This document shows positions 11,456-24,700 of a stretch of DNA of 64,000 bases, in pieces. Numbering within the stretch: the first letter of the stretch is position 1; every line of letters begins with the position of its first letter. The notes below the pieces were generated by a model. That model was not told where the DNA came from. It saw nothing but the letters and a program-made list of their open reading frames with translations, and did not search any database. Source of the stretch: Antedon mediterranea (taxonomy: Eukaryota; Animalia; Echinodermata); assembly GCF_964355755.1 (NCBI RefSeq), contig NC_092678.1, positions 13,576,352 through 13,640,351 of the forward strand. The letters are read 5' to 3'. The position numbers were made by a program, and so were the translations under genes.

Positions 11456-14400
11456 TATTACTTACCATGGAGGTGGGCATGTCAGTCTAAATCGCATCTA
11501 TAGCGTCCAAAAGTAATGAAATCTCACTAATATCTCACCGCCACCAACAAACAATTTTTCCTCATTAGAATCCTCAAAACTCACTCAAGACATAATCTTT
11601 CTGTGATAAATTCTTCTACTTTAACTATGTACATTTCAACTTGGATTAAAGCCAGCCTAGCTTTTCCATACATTTTGTATGACAAACATCTTGGATGATA
11701 GCCTATAGGTTAATAACCCCAATGGATGTGATTCTACAGATATGTAATCTACCCAGCCTAACATACTTCATTCAGTTGTACTGTATATGTCCTATCCGCC
11801 TGAATTACTAAATTGAAGTTTTGAATTGTTAATTATCTAAAAAAAAGAAAGAAAATACTTCTGTGTCTATCTGTAATATTTAATCTTGAAAATGTTTAAA
11901 TTACCGCAGGCCTACATAAACAAGAAACATCATCTGTTTCAATATGTATATTAGAAAGTGTATGCTACTGTATTTGTTAAAAGTACAGTGGCTGTATTCA
12001 CCAATCACATTTAAGTGAGATATTTCCCTTAATAAATATTAGTATTTCACTCAACTCAATAAATATTTAAGTATTTCCCTTAAGTTGTATTCACTTAGAT
12101 AGGAGATTTTTTTTAATTTTAAGGGTGAATATGGCCACTGTAACTTGCATTAGAAGAAGATATACTATAACGCAACAGTATTTGTCATGAAAAGTTCTGT
12201 AAGAAAAATAAGAAAAACTGAATTAAGTTCTACATGGTTTCCTACAAAGTTTACTATTAAGTACCTATATGTAGTCAATTGCGAAATCATAGCCAAAAAG
12301 TAAAGAAAGTGTGTAATTTCAAGTATATATTTTCTTATTTTAATGGCAGTGATAATTTGACCTTTGCCTCTAATATTGAACAAGACCTGTCATGGACAGG
12401 TCATTCTGATATTTGCAATAAAGTAATTCCCCTGCCAGTAGTATTCAGCATACCCTGTTCTTTGTTATACAGGAACCGCTAGTTGAAGAATAGGCAAGTC
12501 GGGTTTTCCTCACCGGAGTTTCTCGTTTCCGAAATGTACTTATCTTGTGCCGTGCAATTTTGGCTGTGGTGGGCTTATTGTTTCATTACCAAAAATATTT
12601 TTAAGATCATTCATCGACGTATAGTAGTTTTTTTCTACAGTACCTTCTGAAACATTGGATTTGAAATGATTGAATTCTTTATAAAGAATAATAAAAAATC
12701 TATAACATAACAATCACTTAGTTACATAAAATTGTCCAACTATCTCAAAAGAAAAGCTTTGAGTGCAGTGTACTTGTTTGTAACTCACTTGTTTTTGTTT
12801 TATTAAACACATTTTTAACAATTTTTATTTCTGTACATTCGGATTTTACATTTGATAGACGTTTTAGAATTCATCAATGGAAAATTTTTGTAATGTATTC
12901 GTTGTTTTGAGAGCCATTACAGAGTAAGATCTTTTGTTTAATCAATGTATTCAATTTGAGTTGAACGTCTTCATGTACTATATAATGGAATCCATATAAA
13001 ATGTAAGTGGATGAGTGGGTATTGCGAATACTCCGTGATTGACAATAAATGAATGTGCCTAGTCACATTGGCGTCTTCTCCCGCACAAAAAGGAATGATT
13101 ATAATAATTGATCTAAATTTTTACCTAGTAAAACTCAAGGACAATGAACACTATGTCGAGGATGATTAGTACATTGTTCCCTTTGCAGGGCCGATTTAAT
13201 TTTTTTTACCCTCTACATGTGCACTGTAGATATTATATATTCGAGAGAAAGTAAAAAAAAAATGTTTTATGTATTAGAAAGGTTGCTTTTATTTTGTAAC
13301 AATTTATTCTTTAATGTTTAGAGGCTGAACTTGAATTTTTCTGACTATAATTGTTAGCCCTTCCCCTGATATCTTATCTTTACAATGTTTATAACTTAAT
13401 TTTGAGTATTAATAAAAGGAAGAAAGATATAAGTGACAACAATTTGTCATTTTTCTTCCTTTTTTCAAAATCAATATTAAAACCGTATAGTATGATCAAG
13501 TCTAGTCCAATATATGACATTTTGAAAATTTTAGGATGAGGGATTATAATCGGATTTGCATTAATCAAAGTTTTATCAAACACTTTAGACTAACCAAATT
13601 TTGAATAAATTAAGGGGTGGGATATACATTAAATTAATACCATAATATGTACATTATTATAATACAATGAATAAGATAATACATGAATTCTAGAAAACAT
13701 TAACTTAATCTAGTTGTAAAATATATTGATTAGTGTAACGGGGTCAATAAACGATTATGCGTACGTAGATCTGAAGTGCAAAATGAGGTGGCTTGTCTCG
13801 TCGTCATATGTATTAAAGGCGCATCTAAATGCATCAACACTATGGCAATGTAATATGATATTGCCAAGATTTATTTTTTATTTGTTTTCTACTAATGAGT
13901 GTCTCTTCTTATATAGCATTTTCTTCTAAAGCGCTGTCTACACTATCAAACATGTGACAAACAAACATGTGATGTGCCCATATATAGACATGATGATGTC
14001 ATATCATTATACATTTTCATACCTGAAAAAACTGTAATTAAAAGCAAAAAATAGACATTGTGTTTTTCATTTAACTGTTTATTTTGTCTTTACAAGTGAA
14101 ATTATTATTTTTTGATTTTTTTTTTCTACGAAAGTGATTATCTTTAAAGCATATTTGATCTCTATTATATTCTACTACATTAGAACCCTTCTTTTAGGAC
14201 ATTATATGCTTTAACACTACAGCCTATTCAAGGGACACCCCTATTAAGGGGACACCCCTATTAAGGGGACATTTTGTTTACATGCTTACTTTATATTCTC
14301 AGTTGTGCTCAGCTCAAAATCCAGCTGTAGAAGATTTTCAGAAATCCATTGCTATTATCAGTGTAGATATTCTAAAGTCATGTGACCGTTACTTATCAAC

Positions 14401-15149
14401 AGTCGTCCTGACAGAGGACCAATCACAGACTAGCTGGGATGAGGAAAGCCTAGTGAAGCATTTGTTTACGTTATAGGCGAGATGGCTCAACTCTGCCCTA
14501 AAAACGTCTCATCTAGGATATTCATGCTTGTTCAGTCAATACTCGCAGGGCCTGGCGATCTTGGCATACCTGGAGGTAACAAATTCCCGTACTAATACTA
14601 ACTTCTTCATAATCTTCCAAGATATAAATTCAGTAATACCTACTCACTCCTGTACTTGTGATAAATTCAGTAATACCTACCCAACCTACTTTCTTCATAA
14701 TCTAGAAAACTGCTTACCATCATCACAAGCATCATCCCAGCCATCATATTCACAGGTGCCTATCTCGCAGTTTTGTGGCTCAAAGATGTCCAACAGGGTG
14801 CGTGCGTTTGCGTTTATTACCATTGGAAAGCTGTGTCTACAACACGAGTCTTTAGCGAAGCAAACCATCGCTGCCATCGCACGAGAGTTGGAGACATCAA
14901 CAGACACGGCAATTAGGAACAATGTTGTTATTGTATTGTGTGACCTTTGCAAAAGGTAGGTAGACTTTTCAGTCATATTTCACTTATCATTTTACATAAA
15001 CATTTTTAATTATTTTAATTATTCAACTTCTCACTAAGATGTATGTACATTAGTAAAGGATGGTAAACACCTCTAAAACAGTCCAGTCCCGCTTGCACAG
15101 TGGCTGTGTGTGACAGTGGCTGTGTTTGACAGTGGCTGTGTTTGTGTGG

Positions 15150-15350
15150 ACTAGTACACCGGCGTAACCCCCTACTCATCTAGAAAGATGAACTAGGTTC
15201 TTTAAATTGCACATGAGCTAGATGTGTACACTGAACCTACAGTTTATAGTCATTATCCGAGAAGACTCGGAACCATGGAGTGAGTGAGCCTTGAATGCTT
15301 GCCGATGTTATGGCTGCGTAATTCCGGTTCCACTATTTTAACCGCTCACT
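15150..15350 (-). mobile_element. Degenerate tRNA-derived Deu/Nin-domain SINE (mirror ~25146-25345)
   Basis: aaccccctactc...ggttctttaa...acctacagtttatagtc.ttatccgagaagact shared with the SINE at 40903-41255. Confidence 0.7.
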
Positions 15351-16797
15351 TAAATTTATATCTATATATAATTCATATAATTCTACTCTTTTTAAGGTAT
15401 CCCAATCTCGTGAATCATTACATACCAAACATAGCTTCCTGTTTGAAGGATAAGTGTCCATTAATTCGTAGACAGACCCTGACGCTTCTCACCCATTTAT
15501 TACTGGTAAGCCAAAAATATTTAAGTAAACACACAAACATAATATTTGATTTATATTAGCTCAGTCAAAATATTAACATTAAACACCCTTTATCATCATC
15601 AGTATTAACTGGTCACCAATCAAATCATCATTAATATTACTATTGATTATTGTATTTTCGCTTAACAGGAAGATTTTATCAAATGGCGTGGATGCTTATT
15701 TTTCCATTTTATCGTAACAATGGTGGACGAAGTACAGGAAATTCTGGTAAATAAAATGAAAGCATATGTGGTTTCTCAAGTAACTCTGATAGTATGTCTG
15801 ATGCTCTGTGCCCATGAAGTGTGCGATACTTAAAATACTTTTTTCTAGATTGTGCAGTACTTCAGAACCTACTACACAATGTTAGTTGTCTACACTATCA
15901 AACTTTATGTGACAAAAAAAATGTGATGTGCCCATATATGAATATGATGATGTCATATCACTACTATATTTGGACATATCACTACCATATTTGGGTACAT
16001 CACACTTTTTTGTCAAATTAGTTTGATAGTGTAGGCAGAGCTTAATACTTATTCTGTGTTTCTCAACAGCTCAACTGTGTTTTAAACAGCTTCTGTTGCC
16101 ACGACATCCTAACCTTCTGTTTCAACATTTCGTGCAGTGTGTTTACCACTTTAATTCATATGAGAAACACAATGGTAAGGTTAACAAAATGTTACTGAAT
16201 ATTTTATTTCTTTTTTTGTATATATTATGTTTATCATTATAAAAACCCTATAACATATCTTTGTATTTCACCTAGTTCTCTTCCTATGTTCTTACTGAAT
16301 ACAATAATTAAGCTCTGTCTACACTATCAAACTAGTTTGACAAAAAAGTGTGATGTGCCCAAATATAGTAGTGATATGACATCACCATGTTCATATATGG
16401 GCACATCACATTTTTTTGTTACAGCTTTACACACCAAAGTCTTTAAAATAGAATGATATTACCCAAACCAACCCAAACTTCAAGAAAAGCTTTAATGATA
16501 ATTAATTTCGTCGGTGTCTTGTAGTTTATAACCGTTTTCACTGAAAGGGCAAGAAAACCAAGAGAAACTGCTCAAACTGTATGCCTTCATGCTGGAAAAT
16601 ATGAAAGATGAACATGGGTTTCAGATCGTGGCTAAACTCACTCAAGAGGTATGAGAGTAGAGGTGTCAGAGTAAAAAGGCGTGGTTGGAACCATAAAAGG
16701 CGTGGTTAGAACCATATACGTATCAAACACCTAGATGGTCTTATTAACATGTACACATTTTAGTATCTTTTGCTTGATGTGATAGATATTCTAGTAT

Positions 16798-16938
16798 TAG
16801 ACCACTGGACATTTATTGTATGATCAATTTAGACCACTGGACATTCATTCTATGACCAATTTAGACCACTGGAATATTCATTCTATGACTAATTTAGACC
16901 ACTGGACATTTATTGTATGATCAATTTAGACCACTGGA
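16798..16938. repeat. 32-33 bp minisatellite, ~4.4 copies (mirror ~23557-23698)
   Basis: Unit tagaccactggacatttattgtatgatcaatt. Confidence 0.9.
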
Positions 16939-17049
16939 AACATTTAATTTTGATTGATAGTGACTCTCTAACCCCTATATGTACATACCCCACATTGTCC
17001 TTTACAAACCCCTGTTTCGGAAAATATGTGACTTAGATTTTCACAGTTA

Positions 17050-18220
17050 TTGGTTATCAGCACTTGGCGGATAACCCCTTGTTATTGTCAGGATCTTTTT
17101 TTTCTCTTTTTTCTTCTATTTTCTTCTTTCTTTCCACAATTTTTATTCGCAGCGTATCTCTAATTCTGGCCAACATATGATTGTATAACTTTGTCAAAAG
17201 ATTGCCCTGTAGCTGTAGATGTGCAAGAAACTTTTTTTTTCGAATTTCGAATCGCGCAGCGTGAGTTACGTGCGATTTTATGAATTTCATTGATTGATCA
17301 TATATTGAAAACCAAAAGTCATTTTTTATTGAAACTTGGTGAAAATTTAAGTCATATTATGCGCAAACTTTTTAAGGATTAAAAATGGCATGTTTCAAAG
17401 AAAGTTACGCGCGTGCGAAAATTTAGTTTCTAATCAACTTTCTACGCGTTTCAGGTCATTTTGAGCATTTCAAAAATTCCAACGCGTGCGCAATTTTTTT
17501 ACGCGCGCGCGCACGTAGCGCAAACACATCTTTGTTTTGCTTGATTTTTGTTTTTTCAGCCTTTTCTAGTAACTTTACCAATTTTCTATCAATTTCGACT
17601 TAAAATCACGTCATACGAGCACGTAGAATTGAACAATTAGCGCGCGTTTTTGATGAAAAAGTTAAAAAATTCTTCAAAATTATGCCTTTTTTAAAACAGT
17701 CATAGATTGTAAACTACGTGGTGAACTTTTTTAAAATTACATATTCTGGAAGTTGATGAGTTGTAGATATCGAATCATGCATCGATATGGCTAACCGGAC
17801 ATGATGACGTCATCGTATGGCCACTCGAATATGAAATATAAGATTTTTTACTCTTTCGTCAAAGCTCGTCACATTCAATAGAGCGCATCTCCTTTCTCCG
17901 TGTTCCAATTCCCTCAATTTTTTTATTATTGTCTAGGTCAATCAATTATCTTTCGCATGATTCACCATTTTTAAAATTGTGTTCAAAAGTGTTAATAACT
18001 TTGGTAACTTATTTTCACCTATTCTGCACTGTATGTAGTACGTATACAATATATAGTGTTATACCGTATATTCTCAGACGTGACGCAAACTAGAGAGCGC
18101 ACTAACATTTTTTCAATGGCATAATCGTTTTTCTGCGCGCAATATTCTAACGTATGACGTGCACGTGGCTTTTGCGCTGCAGATAACCTAACTCGTCCGT
18201 AGTGACGAGTTCAAATCTAG
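17050..18220 (+). mobile_element. Complete non-autonomous Helentron, family B, in NCAPD3 intron
   Basis: 5' ttggttatcagcacttggcggataacc hairpin; 3' gcagataacctaa + ctcgtccgtagtgacgag hairpin + ttcaaatctag|tttt; T-rich target, no TSD. Confidence 0.85.
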
Positions 18221-20866
18221 TTTTATTTGGACTTTCTTGTATTTTTCAGACTATCGCTGCTGTTGTTGTTGATGACATACTACCATTGGATAAGCACACA
18301 TCCATTCTTCTACAGGACACACTCACAATCATGAGCAGTAAGTATTATAGTTCAAACTAAATGCAAAGAAGTGGTACATTCTAAAAACTGCTGTTAGATA
18401 TAGACATCGACATTGACGATTGAAGTAATGCTATTTTACAATTTGTTTACAATCATTTAAAGAAATCCTTTTTTTTGACATCCACAAGTTGTAATCTGAC
18501 ATATAAGATATTTCTGTCAATTGAAATTTTTATTTTTAACCCAGGAAATAAAGCTGTCATCATTACGCAGTAAATCCATCGACGAACCAGCTGATGAGAT
18601 GGAGATGGCGGGGGCAGTATGCAACAAGCAAAAACGAAGCTCATTACGCAAGTTGTCAAAAAGAACGTTATTGAGAATATAGTTCCTATCATTGTCTCAC
18701 TAAAACATTTAGTAAGTTGAAAATGATTTTTGTAAATTTATATTATATATATATCTATCTATTATTATTTCCAAGGTTTATATCCAATTCTGTTTTCTTT
18801 TCATTACATATTTGTATAGTACCTGTTTTCTAATGTATTTTCATTATATATTTGTCTTCACTGCCATTTGATTTGATATTAACTATTTTTTATTGTTTAT
18901 TACAGCTGGAAAAACATCGTTCACCTGTGGTGAAAAATCTTATGATGTACTTAAAAGAATTGATGAAAGATTATAGAAATGAGGTCAAAGGTGAGTTATC
19001 AATATTACTAAACAAAAGAAGCGTTTTTTATTTAAATATTATATTGTGTTATTTTTTTGTTATATTTTTTAATTCTTTAACATGACTTTTTAGTAATTTA
19101 TTTTTTTAACTCTTTTTTTGTTAAGACATAATGTCTGCTGATCACCAATTGGCCAGCGAGATTGAGTATGACCTCCGCAAGTTCGACGACCAACAAGAAG
19201 AGATAAGACTCGAAGCCCTCCATCGGCAGACCATAGCAGCAGCGTCTATCAATACGCCGCAGTCAAGTAGCAATGCTTCTCCTCATTCAGTACATGGGAA
19301 GTCTCCAGCACAGGTGAACTCTAGACCTGATACACCTCAGTAGCCATAAAACCTTATTAATTAAGCTCTGTCTACACTAACAAACCTAGTTTGACAAAAC
19401 AAATGTGCCCTAATATGATAATAATATGCCCAAATATGGTAGTGATATAACATCATCATATTGATGGGCACATCACTTTTTTTGTCACTAAGTTTGATAG
19501 TGCAGACAGCTTTAGAAATAAAGCAATTCATGTTAGATTTATATTTGTTTGACCTTTGACTTTCTGTAGTATACAATATAATAATAAATAATACATCTGA
19601 AACCTTCTCAGAACTTTATATGAAAATTATATTTTATTATGAGCTGTATTTACTACAGTAGAACCTTTACTATGGTACACCTTTTATTGTGTCCCCTGAA
19701 TACGGACGGATGGCCGTAGTGTTAAAACATATATTTCCCCTCACAGCAAGTTTTCCCTTTGATAAAACAAAAATATTGAGAACCATGTGTAAAGCGACGT
19801 TCATACTTGCTGCGGCAAATTTCCAGTCCAGCTCCGGCAAATCAAATCGAACAATGTTTCATTTTCACACGGCTATGCGCATATCGATTGGTGCATTGCT
19901 GCATGGAGAGTCGTGAAACATCGACTTGATCTTGCGCTTTATTCTGTTGATTTCTTTTTCAGAGTTACACCCTCTACAGCAGCCTGAAGCCCCACTTACT
20001 CCTAACATGGTAGCAAACCTATCACCACGAGTTGTGCTACAACCACTAAAGAACATACAACATGTGACTCTACCAGTACCACCAAAAACACCAATGTAAG
20101 ACTTATTCTTGTTTATTGACTTGAGGAATTTTTGTGATGATTTTCTGTAATATGTAACTTATTTGTGACTAAAGCTCTGTCTATCAAACTTTATGTGACA
20201 AAAAAATGTGATGTGCCCATATATGGACATGATGATGTCATATTACCATATTTGGGCACATCACATCTTTTTTGTCAAACAAGTTTAATAGTGTAGACAG
20301 AGCTTTAGATTTGACTTCAATAATGATCATATGTTTTTTTTCTATTAGCTTTTATACCTGACAGATTTATGGCAACCATTGCTGATTGTGTTTGTGGAAT
20401 AAATCTTTAATTTGTACACTAGCAAAGATGCCTATGGTCACGAGTACTCAGATATGAGTAGAACGACGAGAAGAGAGAGAAAAAGATGCCTACTTGAGAA
20501 TGGATTTCAAATGTAGTTAAAACCTTCCCAGTACAACTGCAGTCCAGTTTGATGTCAAGTTAAATTTGTATAACCAAACGTACAAATAGCCAAAGTGGGA
20601 GAAGTGCGGATTTCATACATCATACTAACATAGACATTTTTTTTTTCCATTGCAGTCCAAATTCACTGGCTGTTATGGCAATAGTCAACTCGGCCAGGAA
20701 AATGTTAGCTTCTGTAGGAAGAACAAAACAAAAAGAACAATCAAAGAAAGATGATGGCACTGATGTGTTTGAATTTCCAACTAGTCCAAGCATACAGCGA
20801 TTACCAGATGAAGGTTCCAACCCAGCTGTTGCTGCTAGTTCAAATGGTCAAGTGGTTGCCAGTGAT

Positions 20867-21060
20867 AAAAATGGGGCTACTAAAAACAGTGAAAATGGGG
20901 CTACTAGAAACAGTGAGAATGGGGCTACTAAAAACAGTGAGAATGGGGCTACTAAAAACAGTGAGAATGGGGCTAGTAAAAACAAAGAAAATGGGGCTAG
21001 TAAAAACAATGAGAATGGGGCTACTAAAAACAGTGAGAAAATGGGGCTACTGAAAATAGG
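20867..21060 (+). repeat. 24-bp exonic minisatellite, ~8 copies (KNSENGAT)
   Basis: Unit aaaacagtgagaatggggctacta inside ORF 20675-21088; 1-bp insertion in the last full unit. Confidence 0.92.
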
Positions 21061-21524
21061 AGAACCAGAAACAATAGTGCGTCGGTAACAGAAGAGAACG
21101 GACGAACAAGATCTAATAAAAACCAAAATATTAGCAGAGAGAATATGAGATGTGAAGTACAAGTGAGAAGGATGACGTTTAAAGTAAGTAGTAAAGTAAA
21201 GTGGGGCTGTTTCTTACCCTTAAGCATGATACTGTGACCTTTACCATAATATTGTTAATCATATAAACAACAAGCTACAGTATTATTTCCAATGTAAACA
21301 CTAGTTATAATATTGAAAAACACTTTTAGTTATTTTTAGTTGTTGTTATTATTATGATGCCATTTTAAATCAAATTATTATTATCAAATAATTATTATTA
21401 TTATTATAATTAAATCTTGAAAACCGTTTTCAAATAAGGACCACCTCTTCTTATTTGGGACCTAAGAAAGTTGGTTTTATTTAATATATTTAAACAAATT
21501 GCCAAGGGAAGTAGGATGTTTAGA

Positions 21525-21726
21525 ACACAAGTGGTTTGGTGGTTATGATGCTTGACTACCAATCCAAAAGTCCTGTGTTCAAATCCTGTCGATTTTTTCT
21601 GACAATTTACAACTCCACTCCCAAAGACTAGTAATAAGACTTTGTTTATGTAGAGCATCTTGTATATGTTTGTCTTGTGTACAGGATTGCCACCTTTAAG
21701 AAGGATAGTGAATGCTATGATAGCTT
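21525..21726 (+). mobile_element. Degenerate tRNA-headed SINE
   Basis: A-box-like gtggtttggtggtta and B-box-like gtgttcaaatcct with tRNA-like spacing; ends at the palindrome breakpoint. Confidence 0.5.
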
Positions 21727-21781
21727 ATAGATAGATATATATATATATAATATAAATTTACAAAAATCATTTTCAACTTAC

Positions 21782-24700
21782 TAAATGTTTTAGTGAGACA
21801 ATGATAGGAACTATATTCTCAATAACGTTCTTTTTGACAACTTGCGTAATGAGGTTCGTTTTTGCTTGTTGCATACTGCCCCCGCCATCTCCATCTCATC
21901 AGCTGGTTCGTCGATGGATTTACTGCGTAATGATGACAGCTTTATTTCCTGGGTTAAAAATAAAAATTTCAATTGACAGAAATATCTTATATGTCAGATT
22001 ACAACTTGTGGATGTCAAAAAAAAGGATTTCTTTAAATGATTGTAAACAAATTGTAAAATAGCATTACTTCAATCGTCAACCTATCTAGGTAATAATGTC
22101 GATGTCTATATCTAACAGCAGTTTTTAGAATGTACCACTTCTTTGCATTTAGTTTGAACTATAATACTTACTGCTCATGATTGTGAGTGTGTCCTGTAGA
22201 AGAATGGATGTGTGCTTATCCAATGGTAGTATGTCATCAACAACAACAGCAGCGATAGTCTGAAAAATACAAGAAAGTCCAAATAAAACTAGATTTGAAC
22301 TCGTCACTACGGACGAGTTAGGTTATCTGCAGCGCAAAAGCCACGTGCACGTCATACGTTAGAATATTGCGCGCAGAAAAACGATTATGCCATTGAAAAA
22401 ATGTTAGTGCGCTCTCTAGTTTGCGTCACGTCTGAGAATATACGGTATAACACTATATATTGTATACGTACTACATACAGTGCAGAATAGGTGAAAATAA
22501 GTTACCAAAGTTATTAACACTTTTGAACACAATTTTAAAAATGGTGAATCATGCGAAAGATAATTGATTGACCTAGACAATAATAAAAAAATTGAGGGAA
22601 TTGGAACACGGAGAAAGGAGATGCGCTCTATTGAATGTGACGAGCTATGACGAAAGAGTAAAAAATCTTATATTTCATATTCGAGTGGCCATACGATGAC
22701 GTCATCATGTCCGGTTAGCCATATCGATGCATGATTCGATATCTACAACTCATCAACTTCCAGAATATGTAATTTTAAAAAAGTTCACCACGTAGTTTAC
22801 AATCTATGACTGTTTTAAAAAAGGCATAATTTTGAAGAATTTTTTAACTTTTTCATCAAAAACGCGCGCTAATTGTTCAATTCTACGTGCTCGTATGACG
22901 TGATTTTAAGTCGAAATTGATAGAAAATTGGTAAAGTTACTAGAAAAGGCTGAAAAAAAAACAAAAATCAAGCAAAACAAAGATGTGTTTGCGCTACGTG
23001 CGCGCGCGCGTAAAAAAATTGCGCACGCGTTGGAATTTTTGAAATGCTCAAAATGACCTGAAACGCGTAGAAAGTTGATTAGAAACTAAATTTTCTTTGA
23101 AACATGCCATTTTTAATCCTTAAAAAGTTTGCGCATAATATGACTTAAATTTTCACCAAGTTTCAATAAAAAATGACTTTTGGTTTTCAATATATGATCA
23201 ATCAATGAAATTCATAAAATCGCACGTAACTCACGCTGCGCGATTCGAAATTCGAAAAAAAAAGTTTCTTGCACATCTACAGCTACAGGGCAATCTTTTG
23301 ACAAAGTTATACAATCATATGTTGGCCAGAATTAGAGATACGCTGCGAACAAAAATTGTGGAAAGAAAGAAGAAAATAGAAGAAAAAAGAGAAAAAAAAG
23401 ATCCTGACAATAACAAGGGGTTATCCGCCAAGTGCTGATAACCAATAACTGTGAAAATCTAAGTCACATATTTTCCGAAACAGGGGTTTGTAAAGGACAA
23501 TGTGGGGTATGTACATATAGGGGTTAGAGAGTCACTATCAATCAAAATTAAATGTTTCCAGTGGTCTAAATTGATCATACAATAAATGTCCAGTGGTCTA
23601 AATTAGTCATAGAATGAATATTCCAGTGGTCTAAATTGGTCATAGAATGAATGTCCAGTGGTCTAAATTGATCATACAATAAATGTCCAGTGGTCTAATA
23701 CTAGAATATCTATCACATCAAGCAAAAGATACTAAAATGTGTACATGTTAATAAGACCATCTAGGTGTTTGATACGTATATGGTTCTAACCACGCCTTTT
23801 ATGGTTCCAACCACGCCTTTTTACTCTGACACCTCTACTCTCATACCTCTTGAGTGAGTTTAGCCACGATCTGAAACCCATGTTCATCTTTCATATTTTC
23901 CAGCATGAAGGCATACAGTTTGAGCCGTTTCTCTTGGTTTTCTTGCCCTTTCAGTGAAAACGGTTATAAACTACAAGACACAGACGAAATTAATTATCAT
24001 TAAAGCTTTTCTTGAAGTTTGGGTTGGTTTGGGTAATATCATTCTATTTTAAAGACTTTGGTGTGTAAAGCTGTAACAAAAAAATGTGATGTGCCCATAT
24101 ATGAACATGGTGATGTCATATCACTACTATATTTGGGCACATCACACTTTTTAGTCAAACTAGTTTGATAGTGTAGACAGAGCTTAATTATTGTATTCAG
24201 TAAGAACATAGGAAGAGAACTAGGTGAAATACAAAGATATGTTATAGGGTTTTTATAATGATAAACATAATATATGCAAAAAAAGAAATAAAATATTCAG
24301 TAACATTTTGTTAACCTTACCATTGTGTTTCTCATATGAATTAAAGTGGTAAACACACTGCACGAAATGTTGAAACAGAAGGTTAGGATGTCGTGGCAAC
24401 AGAAGCTGTTTAAAACACAGTTGAGCTGTTGAGAAACACAGAATAAGTATTAAGCTCTGCCTACACTATCAAACTAATTTGACAAAAAAGTGTGATGTAC
24501 CCAAATATGGTAGTGATATGTCCAAATATAGTAGTGATATGACATCATCATATTCATATATGGGCACATCACATTTTTTTTGTCACATAAAGTTTGATAG
24601 TGTAGACAACTAACATTGTGTAGTAGGTTCTGAAGTACTGCACAATCTAGAAAAAAGTATTTTAAGTATTGCACACTTCATGGGCACAGAGCATCAGACA

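Larger units (their letters stand above)
8491..18762. repeat. Inner left arm of large inverted duplication (pairs with 21727-38910)
   Basis: Near-identical reverse complement; many ORFs in the track occur as mirrored pairs (e.g. 14528-14959 + / 25511-25942 -; 8701-8895 + / 38506-38700 -). Confidence 0.97.
14303..21090 (+). pseudogene. NCAPD3: Condensin-2 complex subunit D3, 5'-truncated unprocessed pseudogene; exons ~14303-14575, 14706-14955, 15397-15505, 15669-15746, 16070-16174, 16525-16648, 18250-18340, 18545-18711, 18906-18991, 19126-19312, 19963-20095, 20655-~21090
   Basis: Translations [118 protein letters not shown] resemble CAP-D3 HEAT/Cnd1 and C-terminal regions. Frameshifts at ~14474, ~16537 and ~18618; no upstream exons recognised. 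Confidence 0.9.
18763..21726. other. Single-copy spacer (loop) of the palindrome
   Basis: Arm homology stops at the (TA)n/tatctat tract 18741-18762 vs 21727-21750; spacer holds the terminal NCAPD3 exons. Confidence 0.9.

Noticed and set aside
5530-14300. Short ORFs or missing upstream NCAPD3 exons
   Set aside because: Low-complexity AT-rich translations with no recognisable similarity; no convincing exon chain.
17057-17290. 77-aa ORF conserved in two copies (also 23205-23438) and similar short ORFs in Helentrons
   Set aside because: Conservation only reflects the recent duplication; no RepHel motifs; not kept open in the other family copies.
14303-21090. Functional NCAPD3 gene
   Set aside because: At least three frameshifts present identically in both arms and the N-terminal half is absent.
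20751-21227. Overlapping repeat-protein ORFs in other frames and strand
   Set aside because: By-product of a stop-free 24-bp minisatellite.
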